Positions 1 through 10,349 of a stretch of 64,000 nt of DNA are shown here, in pieces. Below the pieces are notes generated by a model that made no database searches, was not told the DNA's origin, and saw only the letters and a program-made list of their open reading frames with translations. Position 1 is the stretch's first letter. The number at the start of each line of letters is the position of its first letter. The stretch lies in assembly GCA_017540355.1 (NCBI GenBank), contig JAFYBE010000091.1, positions 274-64,273 on the forward strand, written 5' to 3'. The position numbers and the translations under genes were made by a program. The stretch comes from Lachnospiraceae bacterium. Its GTDB lineage: Bacteria > Bacillota > Clostridia > Lachnospirales > Lachnospiraceae.

Positions 1-2
1 TA

Positions 3-815
3 GTAGCGGTTAAGGCTCCCGGATACGGTGACAGACGTAAGGCTATGCTTGAGGATATCGCTATCCTTACAGGAGGTCAGGTTATTTCAGAAGAGCTCGG
101 TCTTGACCTTAAGAGCACAACGATCGATCAGCTTGGTCGTGCCAAGAGTGTTAAGGTTCAGAAGGAGAACACGGTTATCGTTGAGGGTGCAGGTGACAAG
201 GCTGCAATCGAAGGCAGAATCGGCCAGATCAAGCAGCAGATCGAGACAACCACATCCGATTTCGATAAGGAGAAGCTTCAGGAGAGACTTGCCAAGCTCG
301 CAGGCGGCGTAGCCGTTATCAGAGTAGGTGCAGCTACTGAGGTAGAGATGAAGGAAGCTAAGCTTCGACTTGAGGATGCACTTGCAGCTACAAGAGCAGC
401 CGTTGAAGAAGGTATCATTGCAGGCGGCGGATCTGCTTACATCCATGCTTCAAAGGAAGTTGCAAAGCTTGCCGATACACTTGAAGGTGATGAGAAGACA
501 GGTGCCAATGTCGTACTTAAGGCATTGGAGGCTCCTCTGTATCATATAGCTACAAATGCAGGACTTGAAGGCTCAGTTATCATCAATAAGGTATATGAGT
601 CAGAGGTTGGTACGGGATTTGATGCACTTAACGAAGAGTACGTTGACATGGTTAAGGCAGGTATCCTTGATCCCGCCAAGGTTACACGTTCTGCACTTCA
701 GAACGCTACAAGTGTGGCAGCCACACTCCTTACAACAGAGTCTGTTGTAGCAAATATCAAGGAAGATGCTCCGGCAATGCCTGCAGGTGCCGGCATGGGC
801 GGAATGGGTTATTGA
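3..815 (+). CDS. groL: Chaperonin GroEL, C-terminal part (5' end outside the window)
   Basis: Frame open from base 3 ([16 protein letters not shown]). Contains [43 protein letters not shown] and a GGM-rich tail. Confidence 0.98.
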   Translation, partial: VAVKAPGYGDRRKAMLEDIAILTGGQVISEELGLDLKSTTIDQLGRAKSVKVQKENTVIVEGAGDKAAIEGRIGQIKQQIETTTSDFDKEKLQERLAKLAGGVAVIRVGAATEVEMKEAKLRLEDALAATRAAVEEGIIAGGGSAYIHASKEVAKLADTLEGDEKTGANVVLKALEAPLYHIATNAGLEGSVIINKVYESEVGTGFDALNEEYVDMVKAGILDPAKVTRSALQNATSVAATLLTTESVVANIKEDAPAMPAGAGMGGMGY

Positions 816-835
816 TAATAATTTCAATAAGCATA

Positions 836-870
836 ATAAAGGCGAATCGCATGAGCGGTTCGCCTTTTAT
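836..870 (+). terminator. Intrinsic terminator after groEL
   Basis: AAAGGCGAATCGC-ATGA-GCGGTTCGCCTTTTAT stem-loop with T tail. Confidence 0.8.
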
Positions 871-902
871 ATTGCCGCTAAATGTGATAAAATAGGGACG
901 TT

Positions 903-2654
903 ATGAAAAAATTGCTCGTATACTTAAAAGAATATCGAATGCAGTGTGTTCTTGCACCCGCTTTTAAGATGCTTGAAGCATGTTTTGAACTCATCGTTCC
1001 GCTTGTCATAGCAAGTCTTATTGATAAGGGTATAGGCGGGGAGAACATGCCTCATATCATTAAGTGTGTGGCAATATTGGGTATTCTTGCGCTTGTCGGA
1101 CTTACGGTGTCCATAACCGCACAGTTTTTTGCGGCCAAGGCCGCCATAGGGTTTGCGACAAGACTAAGAAGCGAGCTTTTCAGACATCTGCTCGGTCTGT
1201 CTTTTTCCGAGATAGATACCGTCGGTACGTCTACGATGATCACGCGTATGACAAGCGACGTCAATCAGGCACAGAACGGTGTCAACATGTTCTTAAGGCT
1301 TTTTTTAAGAAGCCCCTTTGTAGTATTCGGAGCCATGATCATGGCATTTACCATAGATTCACACATAGCGCTTATCTTTGTGGCCACCATAGCGGTTTTA
1401 TTTGCCGTTGTGGGATTTATAATGTCACGGAATATTCCTGCACTTCTAAGGGCGCAGGAAAGCCTTGATAAAGTAACTCGAAGCGTGAGAGAGGGCCTTA
1501 ACGGTGTTCGTGTTATCCGTGCATTCAGGCTTGAGGCTGATTCCGTTAAGTCATTTAACGGCGTGACGGATGAACTTACAGGCAGACTTAAAAAGGCCGG
1601 TCATATATCGGCGCTTATGAATCCGCTTACATATGTGCTGATTAACCTTGGAATAATCCTTGTGATCTATTCGGGCGGATTAAGAGTTGAGTCGGGCATT
1701 CTTACTCAGGGTCAGGTTATTGCGCTTTATAACTATATGTCGCAGATACTTGTCGAACTTGTTAAGCTTGCCAATCTTGTCGTAACACTTAATAAGGCTA
1801 TGGCAAGCGCCAACCGTATATCCGCTGTTTTTGATATCAATACATCGATGCGCGAAGGAGATGGGGTTGATTTTGATACGGATCCTGATGATGATGTGCT
1901 TGAGACCGAGTCTGATGCGGGCTCTGAGGCCGTAAGCTTCAGAGACGTTTCTTTCGCTTATCCCGGATCTTCTGAAGATTCGCTTGAGAATATAAGCTTC
2001 GTGGTAAATAAGGGCCAGACCGTCGGAATAATAGGCGGTACGGGCAGCGGTAAGAGTACGATTGCCTCTTTGATAGCACGTTTTTACGACGTTACGGGCG
2101 GAGGTGTATATCTGTTCGGTCATGATATTAAGGATTATTCATACGATCAGCTGCATTCACTTGTGGGAACGGTTATGCAAAAAGCGGTGCTTTTTAGCGG
2201 AACGATAGAGAGCAATATTCGTATGGCCGCGGGCGATGTATCGGAAGATGTGATCAACGATGCCGTTAAAAAAGCTCAGGCCGATGAAATCGTTAAGGGC
2301 AAGGGCGGAATTAAAGCCTGCGTGGAGCAGGGCGGACGCAATTTCTCCGGAGGTCAGAAGCAGAGGATTTCGATAGCCAGAACTTTGGCAATGAGAACAC
2401 CCATAGTTATACTTGATGACAGTTCCTCAGCACTTGATTATGCGACGGATTTAAGCCTTCGTCGTGCGCTTAAGGAACTGCCCGAAGATACGACGGTATT
2501 TATCATATCGCAGAGAACTTCGTCGATTCAGCATGCGGATAAGATAATTGTCCTTGAGGACGGTCATATGGAAGGCATCGGAACTCACGAAGAACTGTTA
2601 AAGAGCTGCGATTTGTATAAAGAGATACACGAAAGTCAGTTACACAGGAGTTGA
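903..2654 (+). CDS. ABC exporter, fused TMD-NBD (degenerate-site subunit of a heterodimer)
   Basis: Multi-TM N-terminus; Walker A GGTGSGKS; signature FSGGQKQR; Walker B ILDD (Asp for Glu); switch ISQR (Gln for His). Confidence 0.93.
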   Translation: MKKLLVYLKEYRMQCVLAPAFKMLEACFELIVPLVIASLIDKGIGGENMPHIIKCVAILGILALVGLTVSITAQFFAAKAAIGFATRLRSELFRHLLGLSFSEIDTVGTSTMITRMTSDVNQAQNGVNMFLRLFLRSPFVVFGAMIMAFTIDSHIALIFVATIAVLFAVVGFIMSRNIPALLRAQESLDKVTRSVREGLNGVRVIRAFRLEADSVKSFNGVTDELTGRLKKAGHISALMNPLTYVLINLGIILVIYSGGLRVESGILTQGQVIALYNYMSQILVELVKLANLVVTLNKAMASANRISAVFDINTSMREGDGVDFDTDPDDDVLETESDAGSEAVSFRDVSFAYPGSSEDSLENISFVVNKGQTVGIIGGTGSGKSTIASLIARFYDVTGGGVYLFGHDIKDYSYDQLHSLVGTVMQKAVLFSGTIESNIRMAAGDVSEDVINDAVKKAQADEIVKGKGGIKACVEQGGRNFSGGQKQRISIARTLAMRTPIVILDDSSSALDYATDLSLRRALKELPEDTTVFIISQRTSSIQHADKIIVLEDGHMEGIGTHEELLKSCDLYKEIHESQLHRS

Positions 2655-2655
2655 T

Positions 2656-4434
2656 TTGTTGAAAGCAAAAAATAATGTGCAAACTGAATACGGCGGCAAT
2701 ACGGGAAGAGAACTTGTAAAGTATTTAAAAAAGCACGGCTTTTTGGTTGTGCTCTCTGTTGCTTTGGCTCTTTTCTCAAGCCTTACCGCGCTTTTTGTTC
2801 CCGTGCTTTTCGGTAAGGCCATAGACAGCATTTTATCCGATATGGGATCCGTGGTTAATTGCCTTATAAGAGTCGGCTGTGTAATTGGCGTTACCGCTTT
2901 GATGCAGTGGGTAATGGCCATGGTCAATAATAAGGTAACATATGAGGTTACACAGGATATCAGGAACGATGCTTTTGAGAAGATCCAGAAGCTTCCGCTT
3001 AACTACCTGGATTCACATTCCACCGGTGAGATAGTCAGCCGTATGGTGGCTGATGTGGATACGCTTGCCGACGGACTGCTGATGGGATTCACGCAGGCGT
3101 TTACGGGTATTGTGACGATAGTAGGCACGATTTATTACATGTGGACATTAAGCAGAATGACAACGATAGTTGTTGTCTGTGTGACACCGCTGTCACTTTT
3201 TGTGGCCAATTTCATTGCAAAGCATACGCATGACATGTTCATAACTCAGTCCGTGACAAGAGGAGAACAGACCGCGCTTATCGATGAGATGATCGGTAAT
3301 GAGAAAGTGGTCAGATCTTTCGGGTATGAAGATGAGGCACTTGAGCGCTTCAATGAGATTAATGACAGACTTGCTGTGTGTTCGTTAAAGGCTCTGTTCT
3401 ATTCATCGACTGTCAATCCGGCAACAAGATTCGTCAATTCGACGGTGTATGCGCTTGTTGCGCTGGTCGGTGCGATAAGGGTTCTCGGCGGTCATATTAC
3501 CGTCGGAAGTTTATCTGCTTTGCTTGCATATGCCACACAGTATACCAAGCCGTTTAATGAAATATCCGGAGTCGTTACGGAACTGCAGAATGCCTTTGCC
3601 TGTGCCTCAAGAGTCTTTGCTCTCATAGGAGAAAGCGAAGAGGAGGGTTCGCAGATATACGACATTAAGGCATCTGACGGTTCGTCCGATGATGAGGATG
3701 GTATAAAGGGTGAAGTAGACATAGAAGCGGTTGATTTTGCATATGTTAAGGATAAGCCGCTTATAGAGGACTTCTCGCTTAACGTGGGAAGCGGACAGAC
3801 GGTTGCGATTGTCGGACCTACGGGAAGCGGTAAGACGACTCTTATAAATCTTCTGATGCGGTTTTATGATACGGATGACGGTAAGATCAGTGTGGACGGT
3901 AAGGACATAATGTCGCTTACCAGACAGGAGCACCGGAAACGTTTCGGAATGGTGCTTCAGGATACGTGGATAAAGCAGGGTACCGTTTTGGACAACATAA
4001 GGATAGGTCGGCCGGATGCGACGAGGGAAGAGTGCATAAATGCTGCTAAGGAAGCTCATGCACACAGCTTTATAAAGAGACTTCCGCAGGGTTATGATAC
4101 GGTACTTGCCGAGGACGGCGGAGACTTAAGCGTAGGTCAGAAGCAGCTTTTGTGTATCACAAGAGTCATGCTTGCGCTGCCGCCGATGCTTATTCTGGAT
4201 GAGGCGACATCAAGCATTGATACGCGAACAGAGATAAGGATACAGAAGGCTTTCCATAAGATGATGAACGGAAGGACGAGCTTTATTGTGGCCCACAGGC
4301 TCTCTACAATCATGGACGCCGATATCATCGTTGTGATGAGGGACGGACATATCGTTGAGCAGGGTTCTCATGAGGCTTTGCTTAAAAAGGGCGGGTTCTA
4401 CAGTGAGCTGTTTGAAGCGCAGTTCGCGCATTGA
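2656..4434 (+). CDS. ABC exporter, fused TMD-NBD (consensus-site subunit)
   Basis: Walker A GPTGSGKTT; LSVGQKQ; ILDEATS; VAHRLST. Adjacent to its partner. Exact start uncertain. Confidence 0.93.
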   Translation: MLKAKNNVQTEYGGNTGRELVKYLKKHGFLVVLSVALALFSSLTALFVPVLFGKAIDSILSDMGSVVNCLIRVGCVIGVTALMQWVMAMVNNKVTYEVTQDIRNDAFEKIQKLPLNYLDSHSTGEIVSRMVADVDTLADGLLMGFTQAFTGIVTIVGTIYYMWTLSRMTTIVVVCVTPLSLFVANFIAKHTHDMFITQSVTRGEQTALIDEMIGNEKVVRSFGYEDEALERFNEINDRLAVCSLKALFYSSTVNPATRFVNSTVYALVALVGAIRVLGGHITVGSLSALLAYATQYTKPFNEISGVVTELQNAFACASRVFALIGESEEEGSQIYDIKASDGSSDDEDGIKGEVDIEAVDFAYVKDKPLIEDFSLNVGSGQTVAIVGPTGSGKTTLINLLMRFYDTDDGKISVDGKDIMSLTRQEHRKRFGMVLQDTWIKQGTVLDNIRIGRPDATREECINAAKEAHAHSFIKRLPQGYDTVLAEDGGDLSVGQKQLLCITRVMLALPPMLILDEATSSIDTRTEIRIQKAFHKMMNGRTSFIVAHRLSTIMDADIIVVMRDGHIVEQGSHEALLKKGGFYSELFEAQFAH

Positions 4435-4459
4435 CGTTGATTATATAGGAGAGTATAAT
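4431..4459 (+). promoter_or_regulatory. SigA-type promoter for apt-rel
   Basis: TTGACG-17 nt-TATAAT. Confidence 0.65.
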
Positions 4460-4525
4460 ATTTAGGTAGTTTTTTAGGATTCGACATTATATATAGTGTT
4501 ATAAGATAATGCGTGGAGGATTACG

Positions 4526-5053
4526 ATGATCAAAGAAAAACTTGAAGATTATGTGGTAAGCATACCCGATTTCCCGGAGCCGGGAATAATCTTTCGTGAT
4601 ATCACAAGTGTGCTGCAGGATGCGGACGGACTTCGCATGGCCATAGATTCGATGCAGAAGCTTGTTGAGGGACTTGAATATGACGTGATAGCCGGAGCGG
4701 AATCAAGAGGATTCATATTCGGTACACCGATAGCATATAACATGCATAAGCCTTTTGCGCTTGTTCGTAAAAAGGGTAAGCTGCCGAGAGAGACTGTTGA
4801 GACATCCTATGATCTTGAATACGGTTCAGCAACCATAGAGATGCATAAGGACAGCATTCAGCCCGGGCAGAAGGTGCTTGTTGTTGATGATTTGATTGCA
4901 ACGGGCGGAACTCTTGAAGCCACAATAAAGCTTGTTGAACAGCTCGGCGGAGAAGTTGTGGGCGTGCTTGTGCTCATGGAGCTTAAGGGACTTCACGGCA
5001 GAGACAGGATCAAGTGTCCGGTTTATTCGGCTATTCAGTACGAGGGCAAGTAA
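4526..5053 (+). CDS. apt: Adenine phosphoribosyltransferase
   Basis: IPDFPEPGIIFRDIT, AESRGF, RKKGKLP, PRPP motif VVDDLIATGGT; upstream of rel. Confidence 0.97.
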   Translation: MIKEKLEDYVVSIPDFPEPGIIFRDITSVLQDADGLRMAIDSMQKLVEGLEYDVIAGAESRGFIFGTPIAYNMHKPFALVRKKGKLPRETVETSYDLEYGSATIEMHKDSIQPGQKVLVVDDLIATGGTLEATIKLVEQLGGEVVGVLVLMELKGLHGRDRIKCPVYSAIQYEGK

Positions 5054-5106
5054 CGCGGGCGCTTTCGCTTTTGCAAGGCAATGCATAACTATTGGAAGGT
5101 GGATGT

Positions 5107-7437
5107 ATGGAGGAGAAAAAGCTCGTAACATCTACAACTGAAGAACACGGTATAGTATTCGACGACGGTCGTATAGAGTCGATAGGAGAGTTTCTTCCTC
5201 CTGAGCAGCTTTATGCCGATCTTATTAATCGTGTGCAAAAATACCATCCTTCCGATGACATAAGCCTTATTGAGAAGGCATACAAGACGGCCAGTGAGGC
5301 TCATGTGGGACAGGTGCGCAAGTCGGGTGAACCCTACATTGTGCATCCTTTGTATGTGGCGAATATCCTTGCAGATCTGGAGATGGACAAGGAGACGATT
5401 GCCGCAGGTCTTTTACATGACGTTGCCGAGGATACGGAGTGGACGATTGATGATATAGGCAGAGAGTTCGGTGAAGACGTGGCACATCTTGTTGACGGCG
5501 TGACAAAGCTTAACGATCTTCAGCTTGCCGAGAACGTCGGAGCGGATAAGGCATCCGACAGGGCAGAGATGCAGGCAGAGAATCTGCGTAAGATGTTCCT
5601 TGCGATGGCCAAGGATATCAGGGTCATTATCATAAAGCTTGCGGACAGACTTCACAATATGCGTACGCTTAAGCATATGCCTCTTGAGAAGCAGCAGAGA
5701 ATTGCAAGGGAGACCCTGGATATATACAGTCCGATTGCACAGAGGCTCGGTATATCCAAGATCAAAGTTGAACTTGATGATTTGAGTCTTAAGTATCTTC
5801 AACCGGATATATACTATGATCTCGTTGATAAGATTGCTATCAGGAAGAGTGAGAGAGAGAAGTATATAGAGGGTATAGTGCTTAAGGTTAAGAAGCATAT
5901 AGACGATGCCGGAATCAAGGCGGAGGTCGACGGAAGAATCAAGCACTTCTTCTCAATATACAAGAAGATGAAGAATCAGAATAAGACACTGGAGGAGATA
6001 TATGATCTCTTTGCGGTGCGTATAATAGTTGATTCGGTTAAGGACTGTTATGCCGCACTCGGTGTCATTCATGAGTTATATACTCCGATTCCCGGAAGAT
6101 TCAAAGATTATATTGCCATGCCCAAGGCGAATATGTATCAGTCCATACATACGACGCTTATCGGTGAGTCCGGACAGCCTTTTGAGATACAGATTCGTAC
6201 GTGGGAGATGCATAAGGCAGCTGAGTACGGTATCGCGGCTCACTGGAAGTACAAAGAAACTTCCGACGGTAAGAAGGGTAATTTCGGTGAGGAAGAGAAG
6301 CTTACATGGCTTAGACAGATACTGGAATGGCAGAAGGACATGTCGGATAATAAGGAGTTTATGCAGCTTCTTAAAAGCGATCTGGATCTGTTCTCCGACA
6401 GTGTGTACTGTTTCACTCCCAGAGGCGAAGTCAAGAACCTTCCTGCGGGAAGTACACCCATAGATTTCGCATATGCGATTCACAGTGCCGTCGGCAACAA
6501 GATGGTCGGTGCCCGAGTCAACGGAAGACTTGTAACCATAGACTACGAGATACAGAACGGCGACAAGATTGAGATCATAACATCTCAGAATTCCAAGGGC
6601 CCGAGCAGAGACTGGTTGAATGTCTGCAAGTCCACTCAGGCCAAGAATAAGATCAATCAGTGGTTTAAGGCTGAGCGCAAGGATGACAATATCGTTAAAG
6701 GTAAGGAATTGTTGCTTTCTTACTGCAAGGCGCACGGAATAGATGTAAATACAATTAAGACCACTGAATACGAGACGAGAATAATGCGTAAGTACGGCTT
6801 CCGTGACTGGGAGAGTGTGCTTGCCGCAATTGGACACGGTGCATTAAAAGAAGGTCAGATTGCCAATCGTATGGTCGAGATGTATGAAGAAGACCATAAG
6901 AAGGAGATCACGGATGAGGAGATTGCTTCCGAGATTGCCGATGCGGCTGCGAAGGCGGACAAGTCATACGGCAAGTCGGGCAACGGAATCATTGTTAAGG
7001 GTGTTCACGATGTATCCGTAAGATTCTCAAAGTGCTGCAATCCTCTGCCGGGTGATGAGATTGTCGGATTCGTGACAAGAGGAAGAGGTATATCCATCCA
7101 TCGTAATGACTGTATCAATGTCTTAAGTCTTTCGGACAGCGAGAGGGTAAGACTTATCGATGCGGAGTGGCAGGATGACAGTGATGAGACGGATGGCGTG
7201 TATCAGGCAGAGATAGTCATATATGCCAATAATCGTACGGGACTTCTGGTTGATGTCTCACGTACGCTTACCGAGAAGAATATCAATATTATCTCCGTCA
7301 ATACAAGAGTGAGCAAGCAGGGCGTATGTACAATGATGCTTTCTTTTGAGACGACGGGAAGAGAACAGCTTAACAATGTGATAGAGAGGCTTAACGCCAT
7401 TCAGGGTGTAATAGACATAGAAAGACGTACCGGATGA
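5107..7437 (+). CDS. rel: Bifunctional (p)ppGpp synthetase/hydrolase
   Basis: HD hydrolase (RKSGEPY, LLHDVAEDT), synthetase (GRIKH, DLFAVR, YQSIHT, EIQIRT), TGS, CC zinc finger and ACT domains. Start placed at ATG 5107. Confidence 0.97.
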   Translation: MEEKKLVTSTTEEHGIVFDDGRIESIGEFLPPEQLYADLINRVQKYHPSDDISLIEKAYKTASEAHVGQVRKSGEPYIVHPLYVANILADLEMDKETIAAGLLHDVAEDTEWTIDDIGREFGEDVAHLVDGVTKLNDLQLAENVGADKASDRAEMQAENLRKMFLAMAKDIRVIIIKLADRLHNMRTLKHMPLEKQQRIARETLDIYSPIAQRLGISKIKVELDDLSLKYLQPDIYYDLVDKIAIRKSEREKYIEGIVLKVKKHIDDAGIKAEVDGRIKHFFSIYKKMKNQNKTLEEIYDLFAVRIIVDSVKDCYAALGVIHELYTPIPGRFKDYIAMPKANMYQSIHTTLIGESGQPFEIQIRTWEMHKAAEYGIAAHWKYKETSDGKKGNFGEEEKLTWLRQILEWQKDMSDNKEFMQLLKSDLDLFSDSVYCFTPRGEVKNLPAGSTPIDFAYAIHSAVGNKMVGARVNGRLVTIDYEIQNGDKIEIITSQNSKGPSRDWLNVCKSTQAKNKINQWFKAERKDDNIVKGKELLLSYCKAHGIDVNTIKTTEYETRIMRKYGFRDWESVLAAIGHGALKEGQIANRMVEMYEEDHKKEITDEEIASEIADAAAKADKSYGKSGNGIIVKGVHDVSVRFSKCCNPLPGDEIVGFVTRGRGISIHRNDCINVLSLSDSERVRLIDAEWQDDSDETDGVYQAEIVIYANNRTGLLVDVSRTLTEKNINIISVNTRVSKQGVCTMMLSFETTGREQLNNVIERLNAIQGVIDIERRTG

Positions 7438-7450
7438 TAACGGAGGAATA

Positions 7451-8086
7451 ATGAGCGACTTAAAGATCGGAAGAATAGTCTTAAGTGTATGTGCAACGAA
7501 CTGCTACTTTGTATATCATGAAGGACAGAGTGAGTGCATAGTTATAGATCCCGCCGACAGAGGTGACTATATATATGAGGCGCTTAAAAGCAAAGGCTTT
7601 AAAGTGACGCACATTCTCATTACGCATGGTCATTTTGATCATATATGGGGATGTTCAAAGTTAAGAAGTCTTACAAGCGCACCCGTATATGCGCTTGATC
7701 TGGAACAGGACGTGATGGAGAGTGCGGTTTTGAATTCATCCGAAGCTGCGGGACGTGCCTGTACAGTCAAGGTCAATAATTATGTCAAAGACATGGATGT
7801 ACTTGAATTAAACGGCTTTAAGATACAGGTACTTGCAACTCCCGGTCATACACACGGATCGTGCTGTTATTACTTTATCGATGATAACATACTTATAAGC
7901 GGAGACACTCTTTTTGCCGAAAGCGTAGGACGTACGGATTTGCCTACGGGCAGCATGAGCGAACTTACTCACTCCATAGAGACGAAACTGGCCGCTCTTC
8001 CGGATGATACTTCGGTATATCCGGGACACGGTGATCAGACTACAATAGGACATGAGAATGGTTACAATCCTTTCTGGCCGAGATGA
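7451..8086 (+). CDS. MBL-fold metallohydrolase (glyoxalase II-like)
   Basis: THGHFDH, TPGHT, SGDTLF, PGHG motifs; usual position after rel. Confidence 0.9.
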   Translation: MSDLKIGRIVLSVCATNCYFVYHEGQSECIVIDPADRGDYIYEALKSKGFKVTHILITHGHFDHIWGCSKLRSLTSAPVYALDLEQDVMESAVLNSSEAAGRACTVKVNNYVKDMDVLELNGFKIQVLATPGHTHGSCCYYFIDDNILISGDTLFAESVGRTDLPTGSMSELTHSIETKLAALPDDTSVYPGHGDQTTIGHENGYNPFWPR

Positions 8087-8092
8087 TATTGC

Positions 8093-8121
8093 AAGCCCGA
8101 CATTCTCGTCGGGCTTTTTTT
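8093..8121 (+). terminator. Intrinsic terminator
   Basis: AAGCCCGAC-ATTCTC-GTCGGGCTT followed by a T run. Confidence 0.85.
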
Positions 8122-8159
8122 GTGGTATTATATTATGAGGGGTTATTGGGGAGGAGTTT

Positions 8160-10346
8160 ATGTACAAGGACAGTAACAAAAAGACAGTAGATTTTCAGAG
8201 TGACAAGTATCTTGTTTTTCAGATGTCGTTTTTTGCAACGGCAATTCTGATTAATTTCCTGCTTCCGAGACTTGCGTCATATTATGGAGTTCCGTTATAC
8301 CTTGATAATGTCGGAACGCTTATGGCTGCCGTGCTCGGAGGATATCTACCCGGCATCGCAGTCGGATATCTCAACAATATCATCAATATGCAGGGCAATC
8401 CCGGTAATGCATACTATGTTGTTCTCTCGACAATGATAGCCGCATGCGGAACATATTTCGGCAGGAAGGGCTATTACAAAAAGTTCGGCAAAGCGCTTAT
8501 TACAATTCCGGTATATGCCTTGATAGGCGGAGGATTGGGCTCGATTCTTACTTATATCCTTTACGGTTTCGGAATGGGTGAAGGTATAAGCGCTCCCTTT
8601 GCGCGCAGGCTTTTAGAGAGTGGAAGCATGAATGTGTTCTGGGCTCAGTTCACTTCGGATATTGTTATAGATATCATAGATAAAGCGATTACCGTAGTTC
8701 TGGCATTTTTCATAATAAAATCAATTCCTGAGAAGCTTAAGCCGGGACTGTGGCTTACGGGATGGAGACAGGCACCTCTTTCCGACGAAGCAATTGCAGC
8801 CGTAAAAAAGAGCAATACCAGATCGTTCTCATTAAGAGGCAAGATTATCGCCATCATTTCCGTAATCATGGTATGTGTAGCCGTATTCACGACGATAATC
8901 AGTTATATACTGTTCCAGAATTTTGCGATGAATCAGTATACATACAGCTGTACCTGCGCAGCGAAGCTTGCTGGCAATCTCATCGATACGAAGAAGATTG
9001 ATGAGTATATCAATGTCGGAAAAGGAAAATCATCTTCGGATTATCTTGCTGTCAGGAATAAGCTTGACGGAATCAGAAAAGGCAATCCTGATATTGAATA
9101 CCTGTATGTATACAAGTTTTTGGAAGACGGTGTTGAGGTCATATTCGACCTTAATACGAATGATGTCGAAGGTCAGCATCCCGGTGCAATTATAGAGTAT
9201 GAAGAATATATAAGACCATATAAGTCTGTTTTAATTGCCGGAGGAGAAGTTGATCCCATACTTGACGATACTCAGTATGGAAAGCTTTTGACGGTACTGG
9301 ATCCCATATATGATTCTTCGGGCAAGGTTGTATGCTACGCCGGTGCGGACATAAAAGTCGAGGATATCAGAATATCCACACTTAACTATATGGCCAAGGT
9401 ATTCTCATTGTTCATGGGATTCTATATATTCATACTTGCGCTTTGTATATGGCTTGTGGATTATCATCTGATTTATCCGATTACCGCCATGACTGCGTCA
9501 GCAAGGAAGTTTGCTTATGACAGTGAGGAAGCAAGAGAGATAAGTGTGGAGAGACTGCAGCATCTTGAGATTTCAACGGGTGATGAGATAGAGAATCTGT
9601 ATGATTCATTGTCCAAGACAATTGCCGAGACCGTAGGTTATCTTGAGGATGTGGAAGCTAAGGGTGAAGAGATTGCCCATATGCAGAACGGTCTTATCTA
9701 TGTTCTGGCGGATATGGTCGAGAGCAGAGATAAGAATACGGGTGACCATGTGCGTAAGACGGCGGCATATGTAAGGCTCATCATGAATAAGATGAGGGAG
9801 AAAGGTATATATGCTGATCAGCTGACCGATGAATTTATTGAGGATGTGGCCAATTCCGCGCCTTTGCATGATGTGGGCAAGATAATGGTTTCAGACACCA
9901 TACTTAATAAGCCGGGCAGGCTTACGGACGAAGAGTTTGCCATAATGAAGAGTCATACGACTGCCGGAAGCAAGGTGATAGCAAGTGCGATGTCGCTGGT
10001 ATCCGACAGCGGCTATCTTAAGGAAGCCAAGAACCTGGCGACATACCATCATGAGAGATGGGACGGCACGGGTTATCCGAGCGGCAAGGCGGGAGAGGAG
10101 ATACCTCTTTCGGCACGTATAATGGCGGTCGCCGATGTTTTTGATGCACTTGTATCAAAGAGAAGTTACAAAGAGCCGTTTACTTTTGAAAAGGCCATGA
10201 GCATTATAACAGAGGGTGCCGGTACACAGTTTGATCCGCAGATTGCCAAGATATTTGCGGAAGCCGAAGAAGAGGTAAGAGCGGTGACTGCGGCACATGA
10301 GTCAATGCTCGGTCAGGGAATAAGGAACTTCTCCGAAGAGGAATAG
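8160..10346 (+). CDS. Membrane HD-GYP phosphodiesterase with ECF S-component-like N-terminus, extracellular sensor domain and HAMP-like linker
   Basis: C-terminal ESRDKNTGDH, HDVGK, HHERWDGTGYP, ARIMAVADVFDAL. Hydrophobic N-terminal block with PLYLDNVGT. Two more TMs flank a soluble region. Confidence 0.85.
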   Translation: MYKDSNKKTVDFQSDKYLVFQMSFFATAILINFLLPRLASYYGVPLYLDNVGTLMAAVLGGYLPGIAVGYLNNIINMQGNPGNAYYVVLSTMIAACGTYFGRKGYYKKFGKALITIPVYALIGGGLGSILTYILYGFGMGEGISAPFARRLLESGSMNVFWAQFTSDIVIDIIDKAITVVLAFFIIKSIPEKLKPGLWLTGWRQAPLSDEAIAAVKKSNTRSFSLRGKIIAIISVIMVCVAVFTTIISYILFQNFAMNQYTYSCTCAAKLAGNLIDTKKIDEYINVGKGKSSSDYLAVRNKLDGIRKGNPDIEYLYVYKFLEDGVEVIFDLNTNDVEGQHPGAIIEYEEYIRPYKSVLIAGGEVDPILDDTQYGKLLTVLDPIYDSSGKVVCYAGADIKVEDIRISTLNYMAKVFSLFMGFYIFILALCIWLVDYHLIYPITAMTASARKFAYDSEEAREISVERLQHLEISTGDEIENLYDSLSKTIAETVGYLEDVEAKGEEIAHMQNGLIYVLADMVESRDKNTGDHVRKTAAYVRLIMNKMREKGIYADQLTDEFIEDVANSAPLHDVGKIMVSDTILNKPGRLTDEEFAIMKSHTTAGSKVIASAMSLVSDSGYLKEAKNLATYHHERWDGTGYPSGKAGEEIPLSARIMAVADVFDALVSKRSYKEPFTFEKAMSIITEGAGTQFDPQIAKIFAEAEEEVRAVTAAHESMLGQGIRNFSEEE

Positions 10347-10349
10347 ACA

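Noticed and set aside
903-4434. Non-canonical Walker B, switch and signature residues in the ABC pair as pseudogenisation
   Set aside because: This is the standard degenerate/consensus asymmetry of heterodimeric ABC exporters.
6076-6837. 253-aa minus-strand ORF, and similar antisense ORFs inside plsX (39667-40335) and ffh (53629-54261)
   Set aside because: Shadows of well-conserved plus-strand genes; no motifs or RBS.
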